Shown here: in pieces, positions 51,901-63,895 of the stretch | Numbering within the stretch: the first letter of the stretch is position 1 | Layout: each line of letters opens with the position of its first letter | Source of the DNA: Lingula anatina | Lineage: Eukaryota > Animalia > Brachiopoda | Assembly (NCBI GenBank): GCA_051362555.1 | Contig: CM120640.1 | Coordinates: forward strand, 36,847,967-36,911,966 | Direction of reading: 5' to 3' | Length of the DNA stretch: 64,000 nucleotides | Position numbers and translations under genes: made by a program | The notes under the pieces: generated by a model | Databases searched by the model: none | What the model was told of the DNA's origin: nothing | What the model saw: only the letters and a program-made list of their open reading frames with translations

Positions 51901-54411
51901 TGCACTAAAGATAAAATAAGACGATGAAATAACTGTAAGGCCTGTTTTAGAAGATATAATATCAATACAGTACACAGTAAGTACTGTTAAGTTTGTAAGT
52001 GTGTGAGTTGATGTTTGATCCCTTCCGGCTGATTAATGAGGTCTGATTTTTTTCTGTGTGTTTGTTGTAGTTAAACAGTATTCTGACATTGATATAAATT
52101 GCAAAAATTTTGGACTTACTTGTACTTTAAAGGTATACTGTGATGAAAAAACGGGTTAAAACTATCCGTTAGGTGCCCAAAAGTCATTTTTGAGTAATGA
52201 AAAAAAAGTTCTTACGTTTATTTAGTTTTTAAAGCCGATTTTATGCAGGTGTGAATGTAGTTTATGATACTCCCGCGTGGTGGCGCTTTAAGGCGAGTGA
52301 CGTCACTAGCGTCAAGGCTCAGAAAGCCATATTCGATTCAGCTATCCGCTTGCTAGCAGTGCAAACTAAAAGCGATACACGCAATTGATCACTACATGAT
52401 CATTTATAAATTCAAACTTTTGAAGATAGATACACAAAAGAAGATGAATTCCCCACGTGGTTATCATTTATTAACCAACAAAATACACCAAAACTATGTT
52501 AACAGTAAAGGTTTGGAAGCAGGGCAGCGAACACAGTTTTTCACACATTGCCCATCTGTCGCGTCGGCTGAACGTTCTTATCCCGACTGATAAGAGAAAG
52601 TTACCTAATACATGCAGGTGTGACAGCTAACATTATTTTTCACACCCGTGCAGTTTACCAGTGTCATTCCGGGAGAGCCAGGTCAGTGGACAAAAGGCCA
52701 AAGATATCGGACTGATAGCATCGGACACTACATTTCACACCTCTGCAACTTACCTCGCTACTTCTGCCTTACACGTGATCAGTGCAGCAGTATGTCGAGT
52801 AAAAATTTGATTCCACTATCATGTTAATATTAACGTTTTCACTAATAAAACCAAAAAATTCGACAACGTAATTCTGCTACGAACTATTTTTTGGGCTCTA
52901 GAAGCTGCTCTCTTCTTCTTGACGGCCGCATCATGCACACATCCTACAGGTAAGACTCTCGTCGGCAGCGCTCTGGCATTTACTGTCGCATTTTGGTACT
53001 CCGAAAAATCGAATATACTGGGTACAGCATCATCTTTTAGTTTTCTCCGTGCTTTTCCACCCCACAATTCAGCTCGCAGGTCACGTACGAAGCATTCCGG
53101 CTCGAAGTGGTCGCTACAGATCCTCGCGTGTTTTGACACTGTGCTGGGATTTTTTAACTTCAGAGAATTGAGCCAAATTTTACGTTTAGCGGCATCCGCA
53201 GGCAGGATATAATAGCAGATGTCTTTCTTATTGTAACCTACATTACGGCACCCGGGAGCAACACAACTTTGCGGCATTTGTTTTTCTGACACCTGGATGT
53301 TTAGTCGCCTACTGCATAGTATATACTATTACTAGTACAGCTGTGGGAAGCTACTCCACGGGTTACGTTACTAGAAACTGACCAACAGAATTTTCTCATC
53401 TAAATCTCATCTTTTCTCTCTAAAACTTAAAAAGAACAATTTTTTGACGTGGATTTATAGTTTTTATACTGTAAAAAAAGCAGTGAACGCTATGTGTTCC
53501 TAGAGCGCAGTAGGCCTTTAAACATCCCTTCTAACTTACCCCCAAATCACAAAAATTGCCATGTCCAAGCTGTACAGTTGTTCATTCCCTCTTGAGTGAC
53601 TGTGGTTATGGGAGACCAGAAAACATACTAGGCTCTTCTGAAATTTTCCCCTATATCATTATTATTCAGTATTCATTGCTAATCTTGTCTGCTGCCCATA
53701 GGGAATGATAAATGAGAACATTGGGAGAAATGAAATGAATTCTTCTGCTCATTAGTGGCCCCAATTCACCCAGGATGCACCTATAAATTGAGAAAGGCTT
53801 TAGTAAGATTTAAAGTATTTCTTTCTGGCGCATCATCTTAATCATCGAACTATCATATAACTCTAAGACTTTCCTGTTGACAGTCAAATTGAATTGATCT
53901 CCCTCTTTGGGATGCTGATTAAAGAAATCATTTTTGGGTTTAATCTGTTGAAAGATCAGATTTCTGAGGGCACAAAATTGGCTTTGGGAAACAATTTTTG
54001 CCTTTTAGAAGTTTGCTATAAAGGTGGCTTTCCGTCATAAAGTATTTTTGTCCAAATTTTTGTCATGGCTGCAAAGCAGGAAGAAATTCAAGAAATGCAG
54101 TACGAGGTGGCCCAGCTGCGCCACGAGGCAGCGTTAGAAAGATGGCCGGTATCCAAGGCCCTCAAAGAGTAAGCCTATGTTAAAAATTTCTCTTATCTGT
54201 CAAAAGCTGAGGGAGTTGTATCAACTCGAGTGAGTTTTGTGTTTGAAATACTTTGTAAGTATGTATTTTGTGTAGAATTTATTTGTGATCTTGTTATTTT
54301 TTTAGGCTTCTGACATACACAAATCAAAATGCACCCAGTGATGTGCTCTTGAATGGAATCTCACAGTCAGAAAATCCTTTCCGTGATCAGAAGAACTGCA
54401 CTATACTGTAG
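48951..54411 (+). CDS. Heterotrimeric G-protein gamma subunit, isoform a (exons 48951-49045 + 54306-54411; 66 aa)
   Basis: Exon 1a MSSQVQALQKQVEQLRHEASIRRIPVSQAIQ(E) with phase-2 donor GA|gtaagt; in frame with exon 2 LLTYTNQNAPSDVLLNGISQSENPFRDQKNCTIL*. No other NPF/CAAX exon was found by eye. Confidence 0.8.
52131..53517 (-). mobile_element. Kolobok-like DNA transposon derivative (internally deleted)
   Basis: TTAA TSD (52127-52130, 53518-53521); short imperfect TIRs AGGTATACTGTG vs AGGCCTACTGCG; CpG-rich relative to host intron; contains a THAP ORF; no DDE domain seen. Confidence 0.7.
52819..53277 (-). CDS. THAP (C2CH zinc-finger) domain ORF within the Kolobok-like element
   Basis: MPQSCVAPGCRN...ILP...KIW...ICSDHF...LKDDAVPSIF: complete C-x4-C, P, W, C-x2-H, F and AVPTIF-box signature, followed by basic KKKRAASR. 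Confidence 0.85.
   Translation of the reverse strand: MPQSCVAPGCRNVGYNKKDICYYILPADAAKRKIWLNSLKLKNPSTVSKHARICSDHFEPECFVRDLRAELWGGKARRKLKDDAVPSIFDFSEYQNATVNARALPTRVLPVGCVHDAAVKKKRAASRAQKIVRSRITLSNFLVLLVKTLILT
54017..54023 (+). promoter_or_regulatory. Candidate TATA box for G-gamma exon 1b
   Basis: TATAAAG 48 bp upstream of ATG 54065; no clear splice acceptor just before the ATG. Confidence 0.45.
54065..54411 (+). CDS. Heterotrimeric G-protein gamma subunit, isoform b (exons 54065-54168 + 54306-54411; 69 aa)
   Basis: MAAKQEEIQEMQYEVAQLRHEAALERWPVSKALK(E) with GA|gtaagc donor, a 137-nt intron, then the NPF motif and CAAX box CTIL. Typical GGL-domain pattern. Confidence 0.88.
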
Positions 54412-55959
54412 GAAACAGTCAAAATGGTGGTATGTACATGAAAACTTGTTAGTTGTTTTCATACTGATCAAACAAACATATTCTTGTACAATGTTAGAGA
54501 TATTTGGTCAAATTTTTCAAGAATATATATATGAAGGAGATTAGACGCACTAGGTATTAAATTACATTTCCATTGATTTGTAATTAGGGTACATCAAGCA
54601 GATAAGACAAAATGATCAGCAATTTTATCCTTCGTTATCAGAAAACGAGTTATATAAGTGATTTGTTAGCCATATAATGTCAGAATAGATATTTGAATAT
54701 CTCTGAAGTCATAGAGGTCCATACTGACTGCTAATGTTGGATGGGGAATGATATATGAATATTTGAGGAAAAAAATGTTGATTGCTACCTTAACACCAGT
54801 GACCTGTTTTTAAATTTCCTGAACAATGGGAGCCAGGGATTTTGTTTTAAAACCATGAATACTTTAGGCTTTGAAAAAAGTTTTATTTAAAGGAAGAAAG
54901 CCTACTACAAAAATAACACTGTTACTAGAATATTTTGTTATTGCAGAATATTTTCAACATACTTGGACTGAAATTCAGTCTTAATGAGGGTACTGCTCTG
55001 ATAAACTGTATGTTTTGTTTCTGTTTTTTTTTTTTTTTTTTTTCCTCAAAGAAAGCTTTTAATTCATGCCATTTCATCTTTATACTAGTAGTTTTTACTT
55101 TGCTAATGGCACTTATGGAGATAATCTGTTTTCAAAAATAAAATGATTTTAATATCAGTAAGATAATATTGTTTTTGTTTTCATTTCAGATATGTCTCTG
55201 GACCTCTTTGGATCATTGTCTCACTATTCTAGTGCAGTCATCTTTGTGTGAATCCGTCATCTATATACAGCAGCTTGTAAAATGGAAAGCATGAATAGCG
55301 AATTGTACATGTCTCTGAAACTCACCGGTGTTGTTGGTATAAGTGTAACAGTATATTTGTATGTATGTACAATCAAGAACTAGTATGTATAATCAATTCA
55401 TTTCATTTTTTTATGAAAACATAATCATAAAGAACTTCTGATGGAGTGAGACTATACTTGTTTAGAATGGGGACCAGCCCAGTTAGTGAATAGGGAGATA
55501 AAGCACACTGACGGATTATAGCCTGATTGATTGGATTACTTGGAACTGGAACTAGAAACTGGAATTCAACAGACTTTAATCTCTTTGAAAGTCAATATCA
55601 TTTTAAAAACTTGGAGCAAATATAAAAACCATTTGATACCAAGCATTTAAAATGTTGACTGGTTAGTTAATGCAAAATTCCTTATTCGCTAATTAAGACG
55701 CACATGGATTATCATATTCACCAAGCTTTTGGCCAGTGCTGAAAAATAGTTAAAAATTTAGAGCAACTTTTTGTATATATGCAAAAGTATATTTATATCA
55801 ATAGTCACCAACATTTGGGATTTTTTTTTAATCATGATAAACTGTTTAACATTTTATTCTAAAAATTTCAGTTTCCCTAAACTTTACATCAGTACATTAT
55901 AGTATATGTGTAAGTCAAAGAATAATGTGAGGCAATTGTCAGCTTCCCACATAAACTCG

Positions 55960-57367
55960 TTAATTAGTACCACCAGCGTCTACGCTGGCGGTACTCATGG
56001 TTTTAGTCCCGACCCGTCTCGTACGGCTCCGCCGGCTCCGCCGGCTCCGTAAGCTCCGTTGGCTCCGCAGGGTGTCGTGGGATACAAGTCACCGTTACCG
56101 CTTCTCCTCCTAGACTGCATGGGCCTGTGTGCCCATCTCTTGGATTTAAGTCACGTATAATCTCAACTTGAACCCCTGGGTATTTTTGTCTCAGTCGGTG
56201 CATTGCCCTTGGCATGATACTCGTCGAAAGGCACCCTTGTCAAAATTTTTGGAAATTCAATGCTAAATATCTCCCATACCGAAGGAATTATGGGAAAAAT
56301 TTCTACAGATGGCTGACCGAAAGTCATATGTGGAGATTTCAAATATGGCCTTGGATTTGACCTTTGACCTTTATTTCAAGGTCAAACGGGCCAAAATTTT
56401 CTAAAAATGGGAATTTTTTGCAAAAAATTTAATATTTTATGTCGATTTTCAGAAATTTTACAGATCTTACTTATAATATTATGGACAGGTGTTACCCTGA
56501 GGGTCTTCTTTCATCTTCGTGAGTTTGGGGTCAATTGGTGCATTTTCACGGGAGTAGCGGCCATTAGATGCCGACACTGAAAACTGTCTCCAATTCTGGA
56601 ACTGTTAATGATAGAGACCTCTTGTTTTTTGCATTTTGTAGAGCTTGTCAAGCGCAACACTGGAGGTGGTGTCTGTGTTTTGTTTTCGATACAGCTTAGG
56701 CATTGCACTATATATAAAAGTTCAACATCCAATATTTAGTGGTGAAAATAAAATGTGAAATACTACAAATTTAGCAGAGATACGCCCATAGTTACTATTG
56801 AACTTGAATGGGAAGACATATACTTGTAATTTAACTGTGACCTTGAAATTGGCCTCTGACCTACTTTTCACCATGAACTAAAATTTCCAGCCCTTATATC
56901 TCTTAAACTGGCAAAGATAGTTACTATTGAACTTCAATAGGAAGTCATATACTGGCTATCTAACTGTGATCCTGAAATTGGCCTTTGACCTACTTTTTAT
57001 GATGAACTGTACTTTGCATGTTTTCTGGCCTATACATCTCCAAACTTGGCAAAGAAATGCCCATAGTTACTTTTGAACTTGAATAGGCAGTCATAAACTG
57101 TGACCTTGAAATTGACCTTTGACCTACTGTTCACCATGAACTGAACTTTGAATATTTTCTTGCCCCTCATATCTTCAAAACTAGCAGAGATATGCCCAGT
57201 GTTGCCCATAGGTTTCCTCTTTTGTCAGCATATATGCAACACTGATAACACATTTCAAGGAAAACCAATAGGCCTATTGTCTAGAAAATCACTACCCATC
57301 CGAATGCGCTTACTCCAGCTGGTGGTACAATATCTGGAGGCGGTATCGCCTCTCTGATCCTCTAGTT
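55960..57367 (+). mobile_element. Second HINE-like element of the same family as 39068-41380
   Basis: Same 5' GTACCACCAGCG stem-loop, expanded GGCTCCG repeats, homologous body, ~3 degenerate satellite units (~56770-57200), same 3' GCTGGTGGTACAATA, GAGGCGGTATCGCCTC hairpin and CTAG-TT end. Confidence 0.8.
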
Positions 57368-58999
57368 AGAATAATTCTTGACCTAAAATGCCAATTTCTC
57401 ATATCAGAACTATGTCTAGAAGCTTATCTTTTCCAGAAAGACATCCTATGTTACATACTTATGTTTTCACAACTGCCTCTAATATTAGACACTTCCTGCT
57501 AACAACCATGCAGCATATAAATCTCAATGTATGCATTTTGTTTGAGTGTATATATATATATAATAGGATAGGTACATATATTTAAAGGCAAAGAGTGAAC
57601 TGCCAAAAGAAAATAATGTCCTTTCAATTGAGAAGAGCAGTAAATATGACAAGGTACCTTTGTTATAGACATTTACCTTGAGAGAAATGCAAAATAATAT
57701 AACACCTTTTCAGCTAGTTTCATGGTGCACAAAGTGATATTAGATTAATTTTTCTTTCTTTTATATGCTGAGCTGTAATCTTTAACTAAAGAGTGGTTGA
57801 GGGTGGATTTTTACCTTTTGAAATATCTTGTTTCTGCTAGATTTTGTCATGTTCAATAATGTATTTTGTATTGTGATATGTGTAAATTAAGTTTGATTTT
57901 AATTGAAAATAAATATGGGATTCCTAGATATATTCTATAATTTCAGGATTTCTAAGTATAGAAAAGACTTAAGGAAACATGGACCGTTTAAGACCTTCCC
58001 TAAAGCAAAAGCAACCAATTCCAAAATTATGTTTATTCTTTTTGACGCCCAAGTTTATACATGAATATGATATCTGAAACTCATTTGGTGAATTTCACTT
58101 CTATGATTTCAGTATGTGGTAACTTGCATTGCTTTTGGGGCAGGTCTTAATCAAGTTAAAGCAATTTGTCCGTAAAACCTAAATACAAATAGTGTGAAAT
58201 AGTTAAAAATGATATTGTCAAATCCACCCATTGTGTTAATTTCATGGGTGTTTGCAAAATTGATTATTTCGTATAAAACTAGGTTCTGATAAGAACAAGT
58301 TTGATGAAAATTTAGTTCTTATCATATTTCATGCCATAAACTAAAACCTGGAATGTCGAATTGGCCTTTTTAGTCTAAGTTTGAAATTTTAGAAAGTTAC
58401 ATTTTAGTATGATACCATTCATTTTTTTTTCTGTGAGAAGTCTCACAAGTGTATTTTATGATGAAAGGTTGGGAATTGAATGAATGAAAATCTAAATGTC
58501 ATTAGAACAGTGTATTTAAATTGTTATGTATGAGCCATTTTCCTTTGGCTTATTCCCAGTATTTCCTTTTTTTTTCAGATTCTTGAATGTATAATTGATC
58601 CTTATGGATCAGTTTCCCCCCAATCATTATCAATATTACATGTAGTAAAATATGTAGTCTTGTTTGTCATACTTTTTTCTGAATAAATGTTTTATGCATC
58701 TTATTATACGACTTCATATGAAATATCTCAACGCAGATAATAAGCATATTAACAATTTCGAAGAGAATTAAAAGTCAACAAGTTTTATTTTAAGCATAGA
58801 TAAAAACCACTGGAGAAGAAATGTTCTGTTCAATTTTGTTGTATTTGTGTGCTTGTAAAAACTTTGTTGCAAAAGCTTTAAAAGAAACATTAACATGCAA
58901 ATGTGGAAAAGCGTATTAAAGTTTAAGGTTTAACACGGTACATTTCCAAAGGGTATTTTTTACACCTGCTGACCCAGGTTTGCTGACCCCTTCTTTAGA

Positions 59000-59700
59000 A
59001 GGTGTGTTATATTTAGATAACGCGAGATTCGACGGGATTTATGGGCCATAATATTCATGCGCAAAATTCCGGTCCAAATATTATGAAATTTGGTTGCATA
59101 AGTTCTATCCTACTATTTCTAAATGATAATTTCATGTTAAAGTTGTCATCAAATTTCATTTTGTTCTTAAATCTAGACTTAAAAGCGAAAGCCAATAGTG
59201 ATAATCGTTAAAATAGTTCCTTATTTAGGGGAGTGAAGTGTCCCAACCGCCATTGCTTTTCGGTGTGGTGCAGGAAGCGATGAATTTGAGTTTAATCAGA
59301 GTGGGTTTACCGTCAAAAACTGTCCCTGACATTCCATTTTAAAAAGATAAAACCATATCTCATACATCAGCCATATTGAATAGAAATATACTGTAGGAGA
59401 AAGAGAATTTGACGAGAAAAGGTAAGTGCAGGAAGTTGAAAAGCGCCGGCTCAGTGACATGGCATCAATTTTAAAACGTTTCTGTTTGGTTAGTCATCTC
59501 CAAGGGAGTGTATATTTCTCTTATAACTCCCAGAGGGGACGTATAATTATTACATATTATGGTTGTTCTTCGTGTTACGTCTTTTCGAGGCTGACACATC
59601 GTCAACTGTGTTGACATATTTAGACGAATGTCAACGTGCAAATGACAGTGACAAAATTGCAACGACCAAGTGTGCTAAGGGTCGTTGAGGCCAAATATTT
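59000..59700 (+). promoter_or_regulatory. CpG-rich promoter and probable non-coding first exon of a downstream gene
   Basis: CpG enrichment, ETS-like CAGGAAG, YY1-like GCCATATT (~59370), strong donor aag|gtaagt at 59421/59422; no coding exon recognised in the rest of the window. Confidence 0.45.
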
Positions 59701-61752
59701 TGATAATGAATGCTGTATGATTTTTTATTTCGTTTGCCATTCTTAGAGGCACCATTATTACTTGAAGTCAAATACCCCCACTTAAGTTATTCAATAATAT
59801 TAATATGGTTGCACTTAACAAATGTTATATTATAACTATACTGTTGCTAGTATGTGACATGTAAATGTGGCATACTTTGTTTTTTTAAAAAAAAAGAGTC
59901 AGTTAATCTTCAGTTTTATTAATTTATTCTGGATGTCTCAGTTTCATTTCATGCAAAATGAACTTTCTGACAAGACACACCTGGACTAGATCTGTTTATC
60001 CATACCCTCTTGCACTGATTTGTAGGTGATTGGGCGGGTCTCTCAGATTGATGATCTCATATCATCAGAGTAACTACCCAAGTGGTAGTTTAATTAACTT
60101 GGACATTGTTTTTGTAACACCCTTTTTACATCAAACAACAAACTTTCATTACTTTTTTTTTTTTTCTTTACTCAATGCCACACTAACTGTTTTCAAACAG
60201 ATTATAATAAGCAAGTCAAACAATGACTTGGAAGTTGATTATACAAGCATTTAGTTGTTTCTGGGTTACTTGTATTATGATTCTGTAAGATGGTGTTTCT
60301 TCAAGATTTAAATTTTAGCCATGTTCACCATGGTTATTCTAGCTTTAAATTGACAGGAGGCTTTAAAATATATCACTTTGGTACATGTCAACTGTGAAAC
60401 ACATCAATTTACAAATAATACTTTATTATGTTCAATGAACCAAAACATGAAAAAATCTTTGTCTTAATTGTAACTCTGCATAATAACATCAGGCCATTCT
60501 TAGTGGGTGTGTCACACAAAAAGAATTTCAAATTGTGCATTCTTATTCTCCTTATTATCAGACTTTTTAAAAAAGGTTATTTGACTCACATTAATTACTT
60601 CAGAATATCTTGGATAAAGTCAGCCTGTTATTCAGATGTGCACACAGTATGTGTTGTAATGCAACAGGTGTTATGACAGGATGCTTTATATATACTTTCT
60701 GTTATGTGTCACTTATAATTATAAAATAAAATGTTGGTGCACCACTGTTTGTTTCTCATGATGTCTTTCAAAGGACATGTAAACAGAATTGTACAGTTTG
60801 ATATGATTAATACCAGTAGCCTACAGCATGTTTGCTCTGTCACGTTTGTGCAGATGTAGTATTTTCTGTTATCATATATATGTATTATGACCTCTGCATT
60901 TATTCTAGACTTTCAATAAAACGTAACACTGAAACATTCTCCAAGTGATGAAAATCCATACAAAAGTGCAGTATTATTTTTACGATTCCCATTTCACATT
61001 TTCATCCTATATAAAATGAAAACCAGCCTCTACTGGTATAAAAGAAATGATGTCATGCAATAGCTTTCCGGCTTTCCAAACTTGGATTTCAATTCAGAAT
61101 TGAATTTGAAAAGTATTTTGGTTGTAATTTACAGTATAAAGCAATGTTACTTGTAGTTTCTGATTTGTTGACATGTTTTGCCAAAAGGTTGTCATTTTCC
61201 AAGTTGTTACTAGTATGAACTAAGATATCAATGGCCTGGCATAGGTTCACAAACCACTAAGGAGGTCCAGTTGCTCTGAGTGGATTTCTTGGAACATATT
61301 GATTACTTTTTAACTCCATCTATTGATAAGCAGGCTACTTATTCCCCATGGATTATATAACCCAAATGCATTGCTGAGCTTTATGGGTAACTATATGAGA
61401 AAATCTTTAGCACTATATTGGTAATACAAATTCAGTGGACTTAAGCTCTGCATAGGAGGTAAATAGAAGGGAGGGGGCATTGTTTTTATGGTTAAACTTT
61501 TAAATAAAAGGCCAAAGTGGGATTAATATTTAAATTGTATAAAGATACCTGATTAGTATTAACTCATCATGGATTGTTCTGAAACCAAAGTCAACAAGAT
61601 CACTGGGCCATAGGGCCATATGTTATCTTTAAGTTTTGTCTTCATACGCTGGAGACAATTTCCTTTAGAGATACAGAAAAATGAGTAGATAAGAAAGTTC
61701 TGATAAGTAAAGTATGACAGTTTTAACTTATCTAAGCAAAAAGTCAGAGTTC

Positions 61753-63895
61753 TAAAAGTGTCAGAAAGTGACTCCACATCTAGGTATAATTCAATTTTGA
61801 TACCAATCTCTGATTTCGTGTAAAAATTAGTGATTTTGTATGTCTAGGGCAGTTTTAGAAATTACCTGCATCTGTTTTCCCTGGAAAGTAAAAGAAAAGT
61901 TCTCATATCCACAAGAACATGAAACCAATGTTTCAGCCTCCCTGTTTAGAGATTTGTCTTGGTATCAAGCCAGTGTTCTTGCAAGTTTCTCAAGCGTTTA
62001 GTAACGTGATAATGCTCAACATATTTTAATACTAACATGGCATTTCCATGTTTAGCATGTGCATATAAGTGTTCTGTCAGCTTTTTGCTCATATTTGCTT
62101 CTTAATAAACTGGGAGTCATTTCTAAGTGGCAGTTAGTCATTATGTTGCAATGTGTTTTTTTTTTTAATGCCTCCCAAAGTTACATTAACGGAAACCCAG
62201 TGTGTAATCTGATGTTAAGTCTGTGTTGTATGGTTCACAACCTAATTTGTATTTATAGAGTGCAGTGACTATTTGCACCTTAGGGAATAAAAGCAAAATG
62301 TGCATAATTCTGTTACAGTATGTTGTGCAGCAATATTTTTTCAAGGCTAACATTGGCCCATGTAAAAATTGGATTATGGATGCAATGATTTCTTCCCATT
62401 TCATTGCTTCCATACTTTGTGAAGAAATGGGGGAATATAGACAGTGGGAAGATGGGCAATTCCTATCTGCTCAATGTCCCTTGTGGCCATCAGGAGGTTT
62501 ACTGGTAATTTCTAAGATTGATGTTGGATGATGTGGCTGGAATTGGTCGACAAAGCATTTGTGATCATTTGCCTTCAGTAACTTTCAACTTTAGATTCTC
62601 TTCACTGCACTGGGAAGACATCAGGCAGGCAGGGCTATATGGGTATGTTGATATTTATTACAGGTTATTTCATTACACGCAAGTCAATACTAGGACAGTT
62701 GTGTCTGAAGGTTAATGAGTTCAGCCTATTGGAAATGTGACTGTCCATTAATATGTAGGTATCATGACTGTGTGGGTGTGTTAACAAGAATGGCGATCAC
62801 TTTCTCTGGTGGCAGATGTACACATATTAGAGCTCTTGGGAAGACATGATGAAATGGGATAGAAGTAGACATCGGATCACCACATCCACTGCTAAATGTT
62901 GTTCATAATCAGATACAAGTTTCCTAAAGACTGCTTAACAATTGCTATTTTAATCAAAGCAGTCATGCCATAGCAATTCCATTTTGTCGAGCAAGGACTT
63001 TTACAAAAAGGGACCATTTGCTTAATTTTTAGACCTTTCGAAACAAGGTCTCTGATGCCTTCTTGGTGCAGGGAAGAGAATCTAAGTTACTGCTGGCAAG
63101 GTCTCTTAACTGAATGCTTTGTAGGCTAATGTTTAGTGGATTCTTTGAAACAACAGTACTGACAAGGGCCAGGTGTGGTCATGAAAAAAATATGGTGTCA
63201 GCATGATATGCTTCATTTCAAGGAATATCTCTTTTTCATTTCTTTTTGTAGTTTCTTACCTGCAACCTTTCAGTATGAGCTAGTATCTGGACTTGTGGTT
63301 ATGGGAAAAAAACTTGCCATTATCTTCCAATATTTTTGTTTTTTATCATAGCAGATTCCAAGTTGAAAATGTTCTTTCTGGAATATCAGCATGTATTGCT
63401 TACCTCATAAAGACAGCAACAATAAGTGTAGTGTAATTCAGAACCTGTGGCAGGCAGTACCTTTACACAAACAGTGGAGTCAAAGGCGATTATTCATTTT
63501 ATATATTCCACTGATTCTTATTCTATAGGGCCCCGAGATGATGATTCATCTAGTCCTTGTGATTCCTGAACCTACTTATCATATATTCATTCCCCATTTC
63601 CCTCTCTATTACTGCTCTTTGTAGCAGCATACACCTTTTGTGTCAGTCCACCAAGTCATATTGAACCACCATAAATGCTGATTTCTACCAGCTAAACAAG
63701 TCTTATTGATGATATTAATGGTAGTGTGGTTACATGTACAAATGTAGGATTGCACTCATTATGAGACAATGTTTTTTGATACAAATGCATGCAGCCTTGA
63801 TTAAAAGTGTCAGAAAGTGACTCCACATCTAGGTATAATTCAATTTTGATACCAATCTCTGATTTCGTGTAAAAATTAGTGATTTTTGTATGTCT
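61753..63895. repeat. 93/94-bp near-perfect direct repeat (61753-61845 and 63802-63895)
   Basis: TAAAAGTGTCAGAAAGTGACTCC...GTATGTCT occurs twice, differing by one T in a T-run. Confidence 0.92.
62990..63830 (+). pseudogene. Heavily decayed non-LTR retrotransposon reverse-transcriptase relic
   Basis: Frame-hopping fragments in the expected RT order: YKKG, VTAGKV, VLTRARCG, LFFILFV..DLW, TNSGVKG, LIDD..VVTCTNVGLHSL, LKVS. Many stops and frameshifts. Confidence 0.35.

Noticed and set aside
56003-56215. ORF with PAEPTELTEPAEPAEP repeats
   Set aside because: Antisense translation of the HINE microsatellite.
59700-61700. Short hydrophobic ORFs in AT-rich sequence
   Set aside because: Composition matches random intronic DNA; no splice-consistent chain or recognisable domain.
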